Below, piece by piece: positions 1-12,829 of a DNA stretch of 64,000 bases (the stretch's first letter is position 1; each line of letters opens with the position of its first letter). The position numbers and the translations under genes were made by a program. The notes beneath the pieces were generated by a model. That model had not been told where the DNA came from and searched no databases. It worked only from the letters and a program-made list of their open reading frames with translations. The DNA comes from Narcine bancroftii. Taxonomy: Eukaryota. The stretch spans positions 33,418,001 through 33,482,000 of the forward strand of contig NC_091480.1 of the NCBI RefSeq assembly GCF_036971445.1. The letters are read 5' to 3'.

Positions 1-1067
1 TCTGTGTGGCTGTGGACACTCGGTGACTCTGGGGTGGCGGGGGGAAGCTCTCTTTTGCTTCTCGTTCTCTGACGGTGAGAGGTGCTTTAGGCAAATTCTG
101 CCAATGGTGAATCTGTCTGCCTCACAGCAGGCAAAAGCAATTTTGTGAATTATTTTATTGCAATACATTGAATCTTGAACCCCTTCTCAAAAGGACGGTG
201 GTGGTTGAAGAAGGATATGCAACACTAAATTCTTGTCCTCATCTTCTTAGAATCTACCTTTCATTGTACCTCCTTACTCTGAACATCAGAGCCATACATT
301 TCAGGTTCAATTTTCCCACTGAACCACTCAATGTCCGAAATCCCGCCCCACAATAGAACCTCTGACCAACAAGTTAATCTTCTCTTTTCAAACGTTCGTT
401 TATGCTTGTTTGGAAATCCCCTTGAGATTTATCTAAAATAAAGACCCTTTGCAAGTTCAAATCACGACCGTATTCTAGAGACACAACAGTGAGAGGTTAG
501 AATTTTGGTGGAAAGTCTTGCCCATATTGCACAACGTGGATAATGAAAGTGACCAGTCCGAAAGCGAATATCAATTGCATTAACACAGCTCTCTTAAAAC
601 CAGGAACATGCTAAATATTAGGTGTAGCTGGGAAGATATCCAGAATTTAGTACACCCAGATTTCTGATCTGTTACCTTGTTGCAGGGCACATTTTATTCA
701 AACCACACATCGAAAAATCAGGCGATAACGCAGATGCCAAATTTCCATTTAATGTACAGGAACAAATACTTCAACAATACTTCAGAGTTCCACCACCTTC
801 GAAGCCACTTCCTTTGAACTCCCAGCTGCAAGTAAATGGGACCTAGGGGCTTGTCCCAATAGATTTATTCCAGTGTGTTAAATGTCTCTCCTAAATGAAC
901 TTTATTCCTTAAAATAGGGTGAGATTTCATGGCCCTGAATACCAAAAGTGAATATTTTCCCATACCCATTTATGCATTTCCCCGACTTCATTGTCCACGT
1001 GGGTAGAATGTTAAACTTCTTTAAAAAAAAGGGAGCTACACCCCCGAGTTCAGTCCCAATATCCCAC

Positions 1068-1550
1068 CTTATGGACTCCTTCCTCGTTTACTTCCACCTT
1101 TTTCTTGACTTGCATGAGCTGCCACATGTCCTTCACTGGCCCTACGCTGCCGCTGGGTATCGAGTACTTCCGACCGCCTGTCTCCGCTTGGCTGCGGGCC
1201 ATGAGTTCTGGGACACTGGGCAATTGCCCCAAGACCTCCATCGCATTCTGGAGCTTTGTGACTTTTTCTTCCAGCTGGTGGAAGAGCGACACCGACTTCG
1301 CACTCTCCCTCTCCTTGGAGGGGCTTTCTTCCGAAGCTGGGGCCTCATGGGCTGGGTCCCTGTCCTTGGAGCTCTTGGGTTTGATGAACTGGACCTCGAC
1401 TTCTCCCACTGTCTTCTGCACATCCCCCAGCTGAAGATGCTCCAAAAGGCCATGCAATAGTGCGTGCAGCGCATTGAAGTTGCACACACCCACCTCGGGA
1501 GTGCCGATGGACAAGTTCACCAGTTCATTTAACGTGAAAGTTTGTGCCAT
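1068..1550 (-). CDS. C16orf96: C16orf96-like (QRICH2/C16orf96 family) first coding exon; gene continues left of the window
   Basis: ATG at 1550 opens MAQTFTLNELVNLSIGTPEVGVCNFNALHALLHGLLEHLQL...DMWQLMQVKKKVEVNEEGVHK and ends at a phase-0 donor AAG|GTGGGA (483 nt). This N-terminus and the 'MWQ..Q..KKVE.NEEG' motif are characteristic of QRICH2/C16orf96. The head-to-head position relative to CDIP1 matches human C16orf96. Confidence 0.75.
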
Positions 1551-1619
1551 CTTGACGTTTCTCACGCTACATAAATGTCACCCCCCAACACGACAATAAA
1601 AGTTCAATTGAATTCACAA

Positions 1620-1820
1620 CGCGTGCCAGCGGTGCGAGGCACCCTATGGAACTTCACGTGGCATCGCGGCCACTGGCGCGTCCACCAATCAACAGCCTTC
1701 CCTACCACCCGTTACACTGCAGTTGCTAGGATACCTACATTGCAACATGGAGACGCCTTTATTCGGGGTGGTCCTATGTCACCTGAGTTGCTATTGTGGA
1801 TCAGTGGCGACGCGGCGGTG
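1620..1820 (-). promoter_or_regulatory. Putative promoter of the C16orf96-like gene (RFX X-box, CCAAT, E-box)
   Basis: CpG-enriched patch just upstream of the ATG, with GTTGCTAGGATAC (1722-1734, X-box-like), CCAAT (1685-1689) and CACGTG (1655-1660). Confidence 0.45.
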
Positions 1821-2149
1821 CTTTTATGTCATGGGCTGTAATTGTTCCGGCAGTAACAGAATAATGAACGGGCGTAGGTATTATTTTGTTTCACCTAGTA
1901 CATTATGTGATATGGGGGGTGGGTTTGTTACTGCTTAATGAAACTAGCAGGGCTCACTAAATATCACAGAATCCGTCTGAATGTAACAAGTTATCCTTCC
2001 GTATCTTTTGGAAGCCCATGCATTTTATCCGATGTCGGGGGGGAAATGCAGATCCTGAAAATCCAGATGCAGAAAAATGTTCGAAGCAGTTCCAACAGCC
2101 CAGGCAAGCAGTATCAACGGCGAGAGAAACACACACAGGAGTAGTGAGG

Positions 2150-2700
2150 GAACTTAGCCGGTGGCTTTGTTGAGCACCTGGGCTCAGTCCGCTGCAATAG
2201 CCTTGTTGGCCACCCATTTCAATTCCCGAATCCATTCCCTTCCTGACATGTCTGCCCATCGTCACATGCACTGCCAGACTGAGACCACCCCAAATGGGAG
2301 GAATAACACCTCATCTTCTGTCTGGGCACCTTTCAATCGGATGACATTAACATGAATTTCTCCAGTTTGCGTTACCCCCAAGCTCTGACCCAGTCTCTCT
2401 TGGCCCCTTCTTTCCTTCTGTTTCCTTTCACAGAGCCAAAGTCAATGCTCACCTATCCTCTTATCATATCCAACTAACACCTTTTATTGGTCTGGACTCT
2501 TCTCCCTCCCTGCCTGTCTTCAGTCTTTATTCTGATACCTCCTTGTTTTTTGCTTATTCCTTGAATGAGGGCTCAGGCTTAACGTGCCAGCAATATATCT
2601 TTACATCTTCTGGATGCTGCAAGACCAGCTGGGTTCCTCCAGCATTTCTGTGTGTTTTTAGTACAATTGCAGTGTCTGCAGACTTTAGTGCTTCACTCTA
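2150..2700 (+). mobile_element. Penelope-like retroelement 3' fragment (end of GIY-YIG region plus tail)
   Basis: Contains degenerate FVEHL...ATHFNS...HLIFCLGT-type coding remnants, a pyrimidine-rich tail and a 'gatgctgc...ctgggttcctccagcatt' terminus; similar to the longer copy at 31050-32165. Confidence 0.6.
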
Positions 2701-5449
2701 ATCAGCAGAGAGAGAATCATTTGTGTGGAACACCTATTTCTCTCCTGCTGAATGCTTCCAGCATTTTCTGCTCTTTATTTTATGCCCTTGCATAGGATCT
2801 GTATTGTCACCAAGTTTCTGGAATTCACTGTGTTCTATTGCTGAATCTTTGCTTTGTGCATGAAATAAGGGCTAGTAATTTTATAGGAGAAAGAGAACAC
2901 CATACTTGGATCAGTTTACATTTGTCTCGGGGTCTTCTCTCATTCACTCACTTAGAGATTGAAACATAGCTGGTTATTTAAACCAGTGTACTTACTTTTC
3001 AGACACACCAATTCTGGCAAATTCTACACCAAAACAAGGTAGCTATGAACTTGGTCATAAACCAAATACATGTTTCTATCAATTAAAAAGGAGAAACAAA
3101 CAACCAAATTAAACACCCAGTTTATGTTTTTAACCATGATGCAAAATCTTCCTAACACTTAGATTAGTGGATTAATCTTCCAGATCTAGAACAGCACCTG
3201 GCTCCTCTGCTGAGTTCTCCCTTATCAATGTGGTATGTACCATCACCATGGCCTTCCACTATAGCTGGCCTTAATTTGATTTGAGCTGCATCATTGCAGC
3301 TTCTTCATCATGAAAAGTCTCTGATATCTCTGTTCATGCAGTGTGCTGTCTTCTTTTGCCTGCACATATTTTTCACTTCTGATTTCTCCTTTCCATGGAT
3401 AGAATCTGCAAATTGATCTGTGAGTGCCTGACAGAAGTGACTGCTTGCATTGAAGCAATCTTCATGAAACATGATGTACTTTGTCAACCCCTTCCTCTGT
3501 ACTATAAAACATCAAAGTATATGTGTGGAAAACAATGATGAAATCTGCAAGGTAGTTCTGTTGGAACCATAGATCACAACAGCACAGAAACAGGCCCCTT
3601 CAGTTCTGTGTCTGTGCTGAACCATTTTTTTTTGCCTAGTTCCACTGACCTGCACCCGGTCCATAGCCCTCCATATCTCTCCCGTACATGTGTCTGTCCA
3701 AATTCTTAAATCTTAAAATTGAGCCCACATTCACCACTTCAGCTGGCAGTTCTTTGATTCTTTGGGTTCCTTAATTAAATAACTCCCAGCTAGCTCCATT
3801 GTAGGGCTGTTATGCGTCAGTATAAAACATAACCCATTAGTTTTAATGACACCACCTCAATAATATTTGTTGCTACTGGAGAACATTATAAATAAGTTCT
3901 GTCTCACTGCCTGTCATTGGAATAGATGTAAAACTAAATGGTCTTCTGGTCAGAAAATTTACTATTACATTTTGCTCAATTAGTATCCTGTCACTCTCCT
4001 ACACATTCATTCTTCACAGATTTAATGTCCTCTTTATTGAGCACCATTTGTAAAAATTATCTCCCATCCACATAGGGTTTACTTTTTCCCCAAACATAAT
4101 TTGTTTCCAGATAATCATTGTGCCATTTTAAATATTTAGAATGGCGAATACAACTTGACTGCTTTGCCTTGCCTTATGTCCTGCATATAGCCACAGGTAC
4201 TTCCTGCCATTGGTCATCCCATCCAATATTTCTAACCTGGATTTGTATAGCACCACAGCTTTCCTAGAGTTAACTCTCTCCCAGTTTACCTTGATAAAGG
4301 GCTCAAGCCTGAAATGTTGGTTACATATCTTTATCTTTGCTGTTTGACCTGCTGAGTTTTTTTTTCCAGAATTGTGTTTTTTTTTACTTCAACCACACTA
4401 TCTGCAGACTTCCATGCGTTACCATAGTTTGTAGCCGATGCCTTCTGCAGGACTCTCAGATTTTACAAATATTTCTATTTCTGGTCTGCAAGATCTTCAT
4501 GCCTACAAAACTGCAGTTACCTGTTCATAGTTTTTTGCTCTGATAATAGTGGGAAGTAATATATTTTAATCTACTTAGCAAGAAATATTTATGATTTGCA
4601 ATAGCGCTAACAAACAAACAAGCCTCTAAACCTTCTTTGCCTTAAAAGGAGAATCCAGTTTCTTGGTCTCTTGGTATCACTGACATTCCTTAACCTGTAC
4701 CTTTTTCAGTTCTAACTTCTCTAAAATGTTGACATTCTTGATCAAGTATGGATCCTGGATCAGAACACAGTTCCTGACACATCAGGAGAAGAACTATGCT
4801 TGCCAAAACTGAGATGTCAAACAGAACTTAAGCTTTGTTAAAAGCAGAGACAGAAGTCAGCAGAGCTAAGTGGAAAAATACACAGTAAGTATTCAATACT
4901 ATCACACAAGGGGTTTGCAAATATTCTCAAACATAAATGTGGGGTGAATGATTAATTTTTGGCCAGTGCTTAATATTTCAACTATCTCTTTTGCCGTTGA
5001 TAAAGAAATGAATGAGATGTACAGAACAAAGGGTATGGCTCCAAACAACAACCTAGCTGTAGTGCAAACTATTTGTGTCCTCAAACCAGCTGTACTACCA
5101 GCCAAGCTTTCCAAAACTACTACAAAAGCAGTGTGAAAAGTTGTCCAGGTATGGCTTGACCATAAAAACAACTGCAATCCAGACAAAACTGCTATGTCAT
5201 TTTCCTGGCCTAAGCAATATAATCTATCTGTCCTTTAACGTTTATCCATCAATAACTTGCCACAGTAGCACTTGGGTTTACAGCCTTAATCCAATCAAAT
5301 CAAGTAAAAGGAGCTGAACTCCAGCAATGAGATGAGAATGATTGTCCTTTACATCATTCACAGAACATGGATATCACTGGCAAGGGCTGCATTATTCTGC
5401 CCAATTGGATTCTGAACTGAATAGCCATTTCGGGCAGTAGATCAGAGTC

Positions 5450-5575
5450 AGAACACAAAAGTCTGCAGACACTGTGATTAAAGTAAAAACACAATGCTGC
5501 AGAAACTCAGCTGGTCAAACAATGTACGTTAGATAGCAAAGATGAGGATACATCACCAATGTTTCGGGATTGAGT
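5450..5575 (-). mobile_element. Penelope-like tail fragment abutting the L1 3' end
   Basis: 'acacaaaagtctgcagac...aaactcagctggtcaaac' is the reverse complement of the tail seen at ~4290-4430 and ~32070-32160. Confidence 0.45.
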
Positions 5576-8500
5576 CTTTTTTTAAAATAATTTTTTTTAT
5601 TTAGTACTTCACCGTGAACCACGTCAGTAACAATATATACAAATTATTCAGTATTAATATATGCACAGTGACATTTTAATTTCCTCCCCTTTCCCCCACC
5701 ATCCCTACTCCCTTTAACTTAAAGCAGGAAATAAAAGAAAAGAAGAAATAATAGACGATAGAAGAACACAAAAAAAACGTGTTGTCCAATATTTTCTTAA
5801 TTGTAACTGATGGAGGTCTGAAATTGGCGGTTTGTAATAAACGCTATATATGGTTCTAAAATTTGTTCAAATAGAGCATATTTGTCTTTTAGATTGTAGG
5901 TATTTTTTTTCTAATGGAGTACACTTGTTCATTTCTATGTACCATTGTTGTATTTTTAGGGTTGCTTCCGTTTTCTAAGTTATCATTATCAACTTTGTTA
6001 CTGCTGCTACAAGTGCGATCATAATAAATCTTTTTTGAACCCTGTCTAATTTATGTTGATTAACAGGAAGATTTTTGGGTCTTTTGGTATCCTATTTTTT
6101 TGTAATTCTATTTAATATTAGGCTTAAATCCTCCCAAAAGGTTTTCACATTTGTACATGTCCAAACTGCATGTATTGTTGTTCCAATTTCTTGTTTACAA
6201 CAGAAGCATCTGTCCGCTATTGTTGGAGTCCATTCTTTTAACTTTTGAGGTGTAACATATAGTTTATGTAGCTAATTGTATTGTATAATACGAAACAAAG
6301 TATTTATTGTATTAATCATGGTTCTTTCACATAGTTCCTTCCATGTTCCATTCTTTATTCATATATTTAAATCTTTTTTTCCCCAACCTTGTTTGGGTTT
6401 ATATATTGCTTCATCATTTTCCTTTTATTGCAATTTGCTCTACATGTTTATGATCTCTTTTTTTTTCCATCACAGTGTCTGTAATTAACTATTCACAGCA
6501 GCTACTCTCAGGCTAGTTCCCAACTTTTCTTTTTAATACATTTTCAACTGATAATATGAAAATATAATACAATGTGATATTCCATATTTATTTTGTAACT
6601 GTTCAAATGTCAATAAATTATTTCCCAAAAAGCAATCTTTTATTTTTATAATTCCTTTTCTTGCCCATTCCTTAAAAAATAAATTGTCTATTGTAAAAGG
6701 AATTAATGGGGTTTGCATTAACAACATTTTTGGTATTTGATAATTTATAATCTTTCATTCCAGATGTATTCCATATTGTAGTATATGATGTAGTATTGGT
6801 AGATTGATTATGTTGCACAAGGTTCTCATCCTGTTTATAGAGTAAATGTTCAGGGACATTTTTTCCTAATGTATATAATTCTATCTTGGGCAAAGCTGGT
6901 TTTTCTCTTGTCTGATAAAAATCAGATAAATATCTTAACTGCGCTGCCCTGTGATAGTTTTTGAAATTTGGTAGTTGAAATCCTCCTTGTTTATATACCC
7001 ATGTTAATTTTTCCAAAGCCAATCTTTATTTTTCACCCTTCCACAGAAACATTATTATTAATTTGTTTAACTTCATAAAAAAATTCCCGTCAAGGGAATC
7101 GGTAGCATTTGGAACAAGTATTGTAGCCGTGGAAATACATTCATCTTGATGCAGTTTACTCTCCCAATTAGTGTTAGTGGTAAATCTACTCATTTCTCTA
7201 AGTCTTCCTGTATTTTTTTTTATTAACGGTTGGTAATTTAATTTATACAAATGATTTAAATTATTATCTATCCTGATACCTAAGTAACATATAGCCTCTG
7301 ATTGCCCTTTAAAAGGGGATTCCATTTTACATTTTGTATAATCGACTTTGTTCATTGGCATATTCACTTTTATCAATATTAACCTTGTATCCTGATCTCG
7401 CCCCATATTCTTTCAATTTTGTGTATAACCTTTTTATTGATTTATCTGGGAATATATTACAAAATCATCTGCAAATAACCTAATTTTAAATTCTTCCTCT
7501 TTTACTTTTATTCCCTTTATCGTAGATTCTTTTCTTATCAGCTTTGCCAATGATTCTATAGCCAGAGCAAACAGGGAAGGTGACAATGGGCATCCCTAAC
7601 TTGTTGGCCGACTCAATTTAAAGTGGTTTAAAACATATCCACTTTTGCCACAGGACCATTATACAGTGGTCTAATCCAATTAATAAATTTTTCTGGTAAT
7701 TTGAATTTCTGTAGTACATTAAAAATATAACTCTGCATCAAGAGCTACCTTTCGCTGGTAATTTTGAAATTAATTTATAGTCTGTATTTAGTAAAGATAT
7801 TGGTTTATATGAAGCCAGTGACAATGGATCTTTTCCCATTTTTGGAAGTACTGTGATTATTGCCATTTTACATGGGTCAGGCAAATTCTGGGTCTCTTCC
7901 ACCTGTTTCATTACCTCTAAGAAGGGCAGAATTAATAGATTATTGAATACATAAAATTCTGTGGGAAATCCATCTTCGCCCGGTGCTTTATTATTTGGTA
8001 ATGTCATTTGTGTATCATGTATTTCTGTAATTGTCAGGGGCTTTAGTAATTTATTTTGATATTCCAATTGTAATTGAGGTAATTCAATGTTTGACAAAAA
8101 TTAATCTATTTTGTCATTCTTCCCTGGGTTTTCGGTTTGATACAATTGCTTATAATTTTTTTTAAAATTTCCATCAATCTCTAATGGGTTTATGAGATCT
8201 GTTTATCCTCCTTCCTTGTTGCTATGACAGTTCTTGTTGCTTGTTCTGTTTTTAGTTGCCAAGCCAAAATTTTGTGGGTGTTCTCTCCTAATTCGCATTT
8301 TTGCTTTGTTTTCATATTAGTATGTTTGCGACGTATCATATTTTAATTTTTTCTCTTTCTGTTCTCTCTTTTTCTCTATATCTTCCCTTCTCATTAAATC
8401 TTTCTCTATAGTTACTATCTCTTTTTCAAACTGCTCTATTTCCTGATCATATTCTTTTTTAATCTTGGTTGTATAACTAATTATTTGTCCCCTAATAAAG

Positions 8501-9920
8501 GCCTTCATTGCATCCCATAATATAAATTTGTCTGTTACCGAATTTGCATTTGTCTCAAAATATATTTTAATTTGTGGTTCTATGTATTACCAAAAGTCTT
8601 GCATTTTTAACAATATGGGGTTTAGCCTCCCTCGATATGTTTTCAGCAGAATATCCTCTAAAGCAACTGTCAATAACAAGGGTGAGCGGTCTGCTGAAAA
8701 TCTAGCCTTATATTTGGTCTTTCAAACTCTCCCTTGAATCTGTGCTGACAACAAGAACATATTAATCCTAGAATAGGTTTTGTGTCTGTTTGAATAATGC
8801 GAATAATCCCTTTATTTTGGATGTTGTTTTGTCCATATATCAATCATCTTCATATCAGGCATTGAGTTTAATGCAAAATTGGCTGCTTTATCTTTTGTAA
8901 TAGTCTTCCCAGTTTTATCTATTGATGGGTCAAAGTTAAAATTAAAGTCTCCCCCTGTGTGTCTGCTATCTTAAAAAAAATGTCCTGCATAAATTTCTGG
9001 TCATCTTCATTAGGTGCATAAATGTTCAACAAGTTCCAAGATTCTGAATAAATCTGGAACATCATCATTATGCATCTACCCACTGGGTCTGTTATTACTT
9101 TTTTTAGCTTAATTGGCAAATTCTTATTAACTTATATAGCTACTCCCCTGGCTTTTGAATTGTACAATGATGCAATTATGTGGCCTACCTGGTCTCTCTT
9201 CAGTTTGAGATGTTCTAACTCAGTTAAGTGTGTTTCTTGTATAAATGCTGTCTATTTTCTCCTTTTGAAGTAGTGCCATTAACTTGTTTCTTTTAATTTG
9301 ACTGTGAATTCCATTAATATTAAGTCACATATTTCAATGTATTCATCTTCTCCATCCATTTTCACCTCTATTCCACCTCAACCCCCACCTCCCTTCTTCT
9401 AAAATCACTCTTTAGATTGTTTTAATCTTTACTATACGCGACAACACTATTAGTAAGAAAATAACAAAAAACTATAAAAAGATTAAAGGAAACAACATTA
9501 AATCCCTCTTCAACGAGTTGTCCTTGTTGCCTCACAAGGCAACCACAACTTCCTTTTCTTCATGGGTGGTGGTGTATACCACAAAGGTCAACAGGTTTTG
9601 CAGTGGACAGATCCTCCCACCCCCCCCCCCCACCCAGAGAAATCGCTATATTATTCTTAAAAATTTAAGAAAGCATTTTTCCTTTTTTCTTAAACGTCTG
9701 TAATCAAATTATTAACATTCAAACTTATTTATATACATTATTTTAACAGTCCTCTTCTTGTTGCTTATTTGGCAATTGATCTGCAAAATGACAGGCTTCC
9801 TCTGGATCTGAAAACAGTTATATTTTTCCCATCAGGGATGAATATCTTCAACACTGCTGGATGCCATAACACAAAGTTGTAACCTTTCCTCCATAGTATA
9901 GTTTTTGTTAAGTTTTCCTT
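5576..9920 (-). mobile_element. Degenerate L1-clade LINE: ORF1 C-terminus, full ORF2 remnant and 3' UTR/poly(A)
   Basis: Minus-strand fragments occur in L1 order: ORF1 end (~9750-9920), APE endonuclease (NIYAPNEDD, 8919-9119), KAPGEDGFPTEFY and YKPISLLNTDYK (7738-8097), LFADD (~7463-7478), GGFQLPNF, a CFCC..TTIHAVWTC zinc knuckle (~6155-6210), then an A-rich tail at ~5576-5600. Many frameshifts and stops. Confidence 0.9.
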
Positions 9921-10577
9921 ATGCTTCTTTAAAAGTTCGAAGCTTATATCTGGCAGAAGGGAAGATCAGAATCTACCAGAATGTCATGTGTATGTTGTCA
10001 TATAAAGGCCAGACTGGGCAAGGTTATATGTCTCCAGGGAATTCCATGCAACTAAATAAAACAAGAATAGAAAGCAGTATCAGTGAAAACTTCTCATAAA
10101 AACAATGCATCTTGCTCACTGGCATCTTTCAGGGAGAACAACCTCCTGCCCTTAAACAGTCTCCTTCCTGTCCAGTTGACTCTGAACAGCTCCTCTGCCC
10201 TTACAAGGGAACAGTGTTACAAGCTGGCCTTACTAGAGACGTCCATATCCCACTTAAAACCCATCTTCAAAGTCCCCTGGGCAACCCACCACAACTACAC
10301 AGCCGAACCCGTCTGAAGTCCAAGGCTTCCAGCACGAAGAATGTGACACACCCATGACAATACATTTCTGATTCTGAATGACATGGATAGTGAGCACTTG
10401 GGACATGAGCAGTTTCAGTATTTCTTACAGTTTACAAGGCAAATCTTGATTTGTTTCTAATGTTCGGCAATCCTCAAATAGTTTCTTCCCACCCACCCCT
10501 ACTTTAACAGCAACCGAGGGAATCCCTGCGCAGAGCAACTGCAGCTCACCAGTATCTTTCCAAGGACAGATACCCTT

Positions 10578-11274
10578 CCCAACCCACTCCACCCCTCCCC
10601 TCTCCCAACCCCCCCTCCCCCTCCCACCCCCCCTACCCCTCCCCACCCCTCCACTCTCCCACTTCTCCCCTCCACTACCCCTCCCTCTCCCATTCCACCT
10701 CTCCATTCCACCCCTCTCTCTTCTCCCTCCCCACCCTCCCCCTCCCTCCCACCTTCCCACCCCTCCCTTCTCCCTCCCACCCACCCTTCCTCCTCCCTCA
10801 CCCCTCCCAAACCCCTCCCTCTCCCACCCCTCCCCACCCCTCCACTCTCCCACTTCTCCCTCACTACCCTCCCTCTCCCATTCCCCTCTCCTCCCCTCCC
10901 CTCCCCACATCCTCCCCTCCCACCCCACCCTCCCCACCCTCTCCCACTCTTCCCGTCCCCTCCCCACCTTCCCCACTCTTCCCTTCCTCCCCACCCTTCT
11001 CCCACTCTTCCCCTCCCCACCCTTCTCCCACTCTTCCCTCCCCACCCTTCTCCACTCTTCCCTCCCAACCCTTCTCCCACTCTTCCCTCCCACCCTTCTC
11101 CCACTCTTCCCCTCCCCACCCTTCTCCCACTCTTCCCTCCCCACCCCTCCTCTCTCCTCTCCTCTCCTCCCCCCACCCCTCCCCTCCCCCTCTCCCCACC
11201 CCCTCCCCTCCACTCTCCCCACCCCACCCCTCCCTCTCCCCACCCCTCCCCTCCCCTCTCCCACCCCTCCCTCC
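10578..11274. repeat. C/T-rich low-complexity tract with a ~25-bp tandem unit (ccccacccttctcccactcttccct)
   Basis: Almost G-free + strand; the unit recurs at ~10940-11150; the tract runs into an N gap. Confidence 0.85.
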
Positions 11275-11801
11275 NNNNNNNNNNNNNNNNNNNNNNNNNN
11301 NNNNNNNNNNNNNNNNNNNNNNNNNNNNNNNNNNNNNNNNNNNNNNNNNNNNNNNNNNNNNNNNNNNNNNNNNNNNNNNNNNNNNNNNNNNNNNNNNNNN
11401 NNNNNNNNNNNNNNNNNNNNNNNNNNNNNNNNNNNNNNNNNNNNNNNNNNNNNNNNNNNNNNNNNNNNNNNNNNNNNNNNNNNNNNNNNNNNNNNNNNNN
11501 NNNNNNNNNNNNNNNNNNNNNNNNNNNNNNNNNNNNNNNNNNNNNNNNNNNNNNNNNNNNNNNNNNNNNNNNNNNNNNNNNNNNNNNNNNNNNNNNNNNN
11601 NNNNNNNNNNNNNNNNNNNNNNNNNNNNNNNNNNNNNNNNNNNNNNNNNNNNNNNNNNNNNNNNNNNNNNNNNNNNNNNNNNNNNNNNNNNNNNNNNNNN
11701 NNNNNNNNNNNNNNNNNNNNNNNNNNNNNNNNNNNNNNNNNNNNNNNNNNNNNNNNNNNNNNNNNNNNNNNNNNNNNNNNNNNNNNNNNNNNNNNNNNNN
11801 N
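11275..11801. other. Assembly gap (N run)
   Basis: Run of 527 N. Confidence 1.
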
Positions 11802-12230
11802 GGTTCAAAGTGCTCCAGAAAGTCCCCGTCCGCGAGGGTCGGGGCCAGCGGCGCATGCGCAGCCTTTGCGGCTTGCAGGGCGTCCGGGGCAGGGACAGGG
11901 ACGGCGACGGGAGCTGCTCCGCACGTCTGTTCTCGGGTGCGGCGGACGCGAGAGCGGGTGCGTACGCTCGGCTCGAAAGCAATGTCCGCGTCGCCTTAAA
12001 CGCGGGGGAGAGTGGGCTCTTTTCTCGAATGGTCGAGGCCCGGCGACTGACTGACTGACCGACTGACGGAGCGGAGCGCTCGAGTTCCCCGGCTTCTGTC
12101 GGAATTGGGTTTCGTGGTGCGGCCTTGTGGGTAATGTAGTCTCGGGCGCGGGGGCGCGGGGGCGGCGGGCGGGGCGGGGGACTCCATCTCCCAGCGGCCC
12201 CGTCACTCGCCAATCGATGCGCAGGCCTCT
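11802..12230 (+). promoter_or_regulatory. CpG island: putative CDIP1 promoter and non-coding exon 1
   Basis: Dense CpG, an NRF1-type palindrome GCGCATGCGCA (11851-11861), GC boxes (~12160-12180) and a candidate donor TGG|GTAATG after 12130. The CDIP1 ATG exon starts at a splice acceptor, so an upstream exon is required. Confidence 0.65.
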
Positions 12231-12829
12231 TAATTGTCTGTTTATCCCAAGTCACTGGTCCAGGGGACCAAGTCTCTGGGCAGATACTTTGTTTTCACAG
12301 AATCATTAAAATATTCGGTGTCATCTTTTTAAAACAAATAATTCAAATCTAGAACAGCATGGGCTGGTGACTTTGAACCCAAGGGCTTCTCAGGTTTCTT
12401 CTCCCCTTGCTTGGTGCTCATCTATTAAAATGTATTTAAACGAAACTTGGAAGCCACCTTCTAAGATGAGATTCTGGAATTTGGCTCATTCAAGGTATCA
12501 GAATGGGATGCATTAGCTGACTGTGTCTTTACAGAAAGTTGCCATGCGTTTCTAGAGTGTTGGAAAGTGTATTTTTTTCATATTTGTATCAATGAAAGAT
12601 GATCCCTTTAATTCAGTTCTTGTTCCTCCAAATACAAGCTTTAACTATAGAGTTGGTCTTCACGAATAATAACTCCTCGGGGTTATTGTGGTTGTTTTTT
12701 AAAAAAAATATTTGTCAAATGTTTTGGATACTCTAGAAGCTTTTATAAAGATTGTCTTTGGTTTCCATTTGACATGCTGGTTTGTCGTTTATTTAAGGTT
12801 TTGCATTCATTCTTGGAATGAATGCAATC

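Noticed and set aside
10425-12255. Gly/Arg/Glu-rich and gap-spanning ORFs
   Set aside because: Translations of low-complexity G-rich DNA, the CpG island and the N run.
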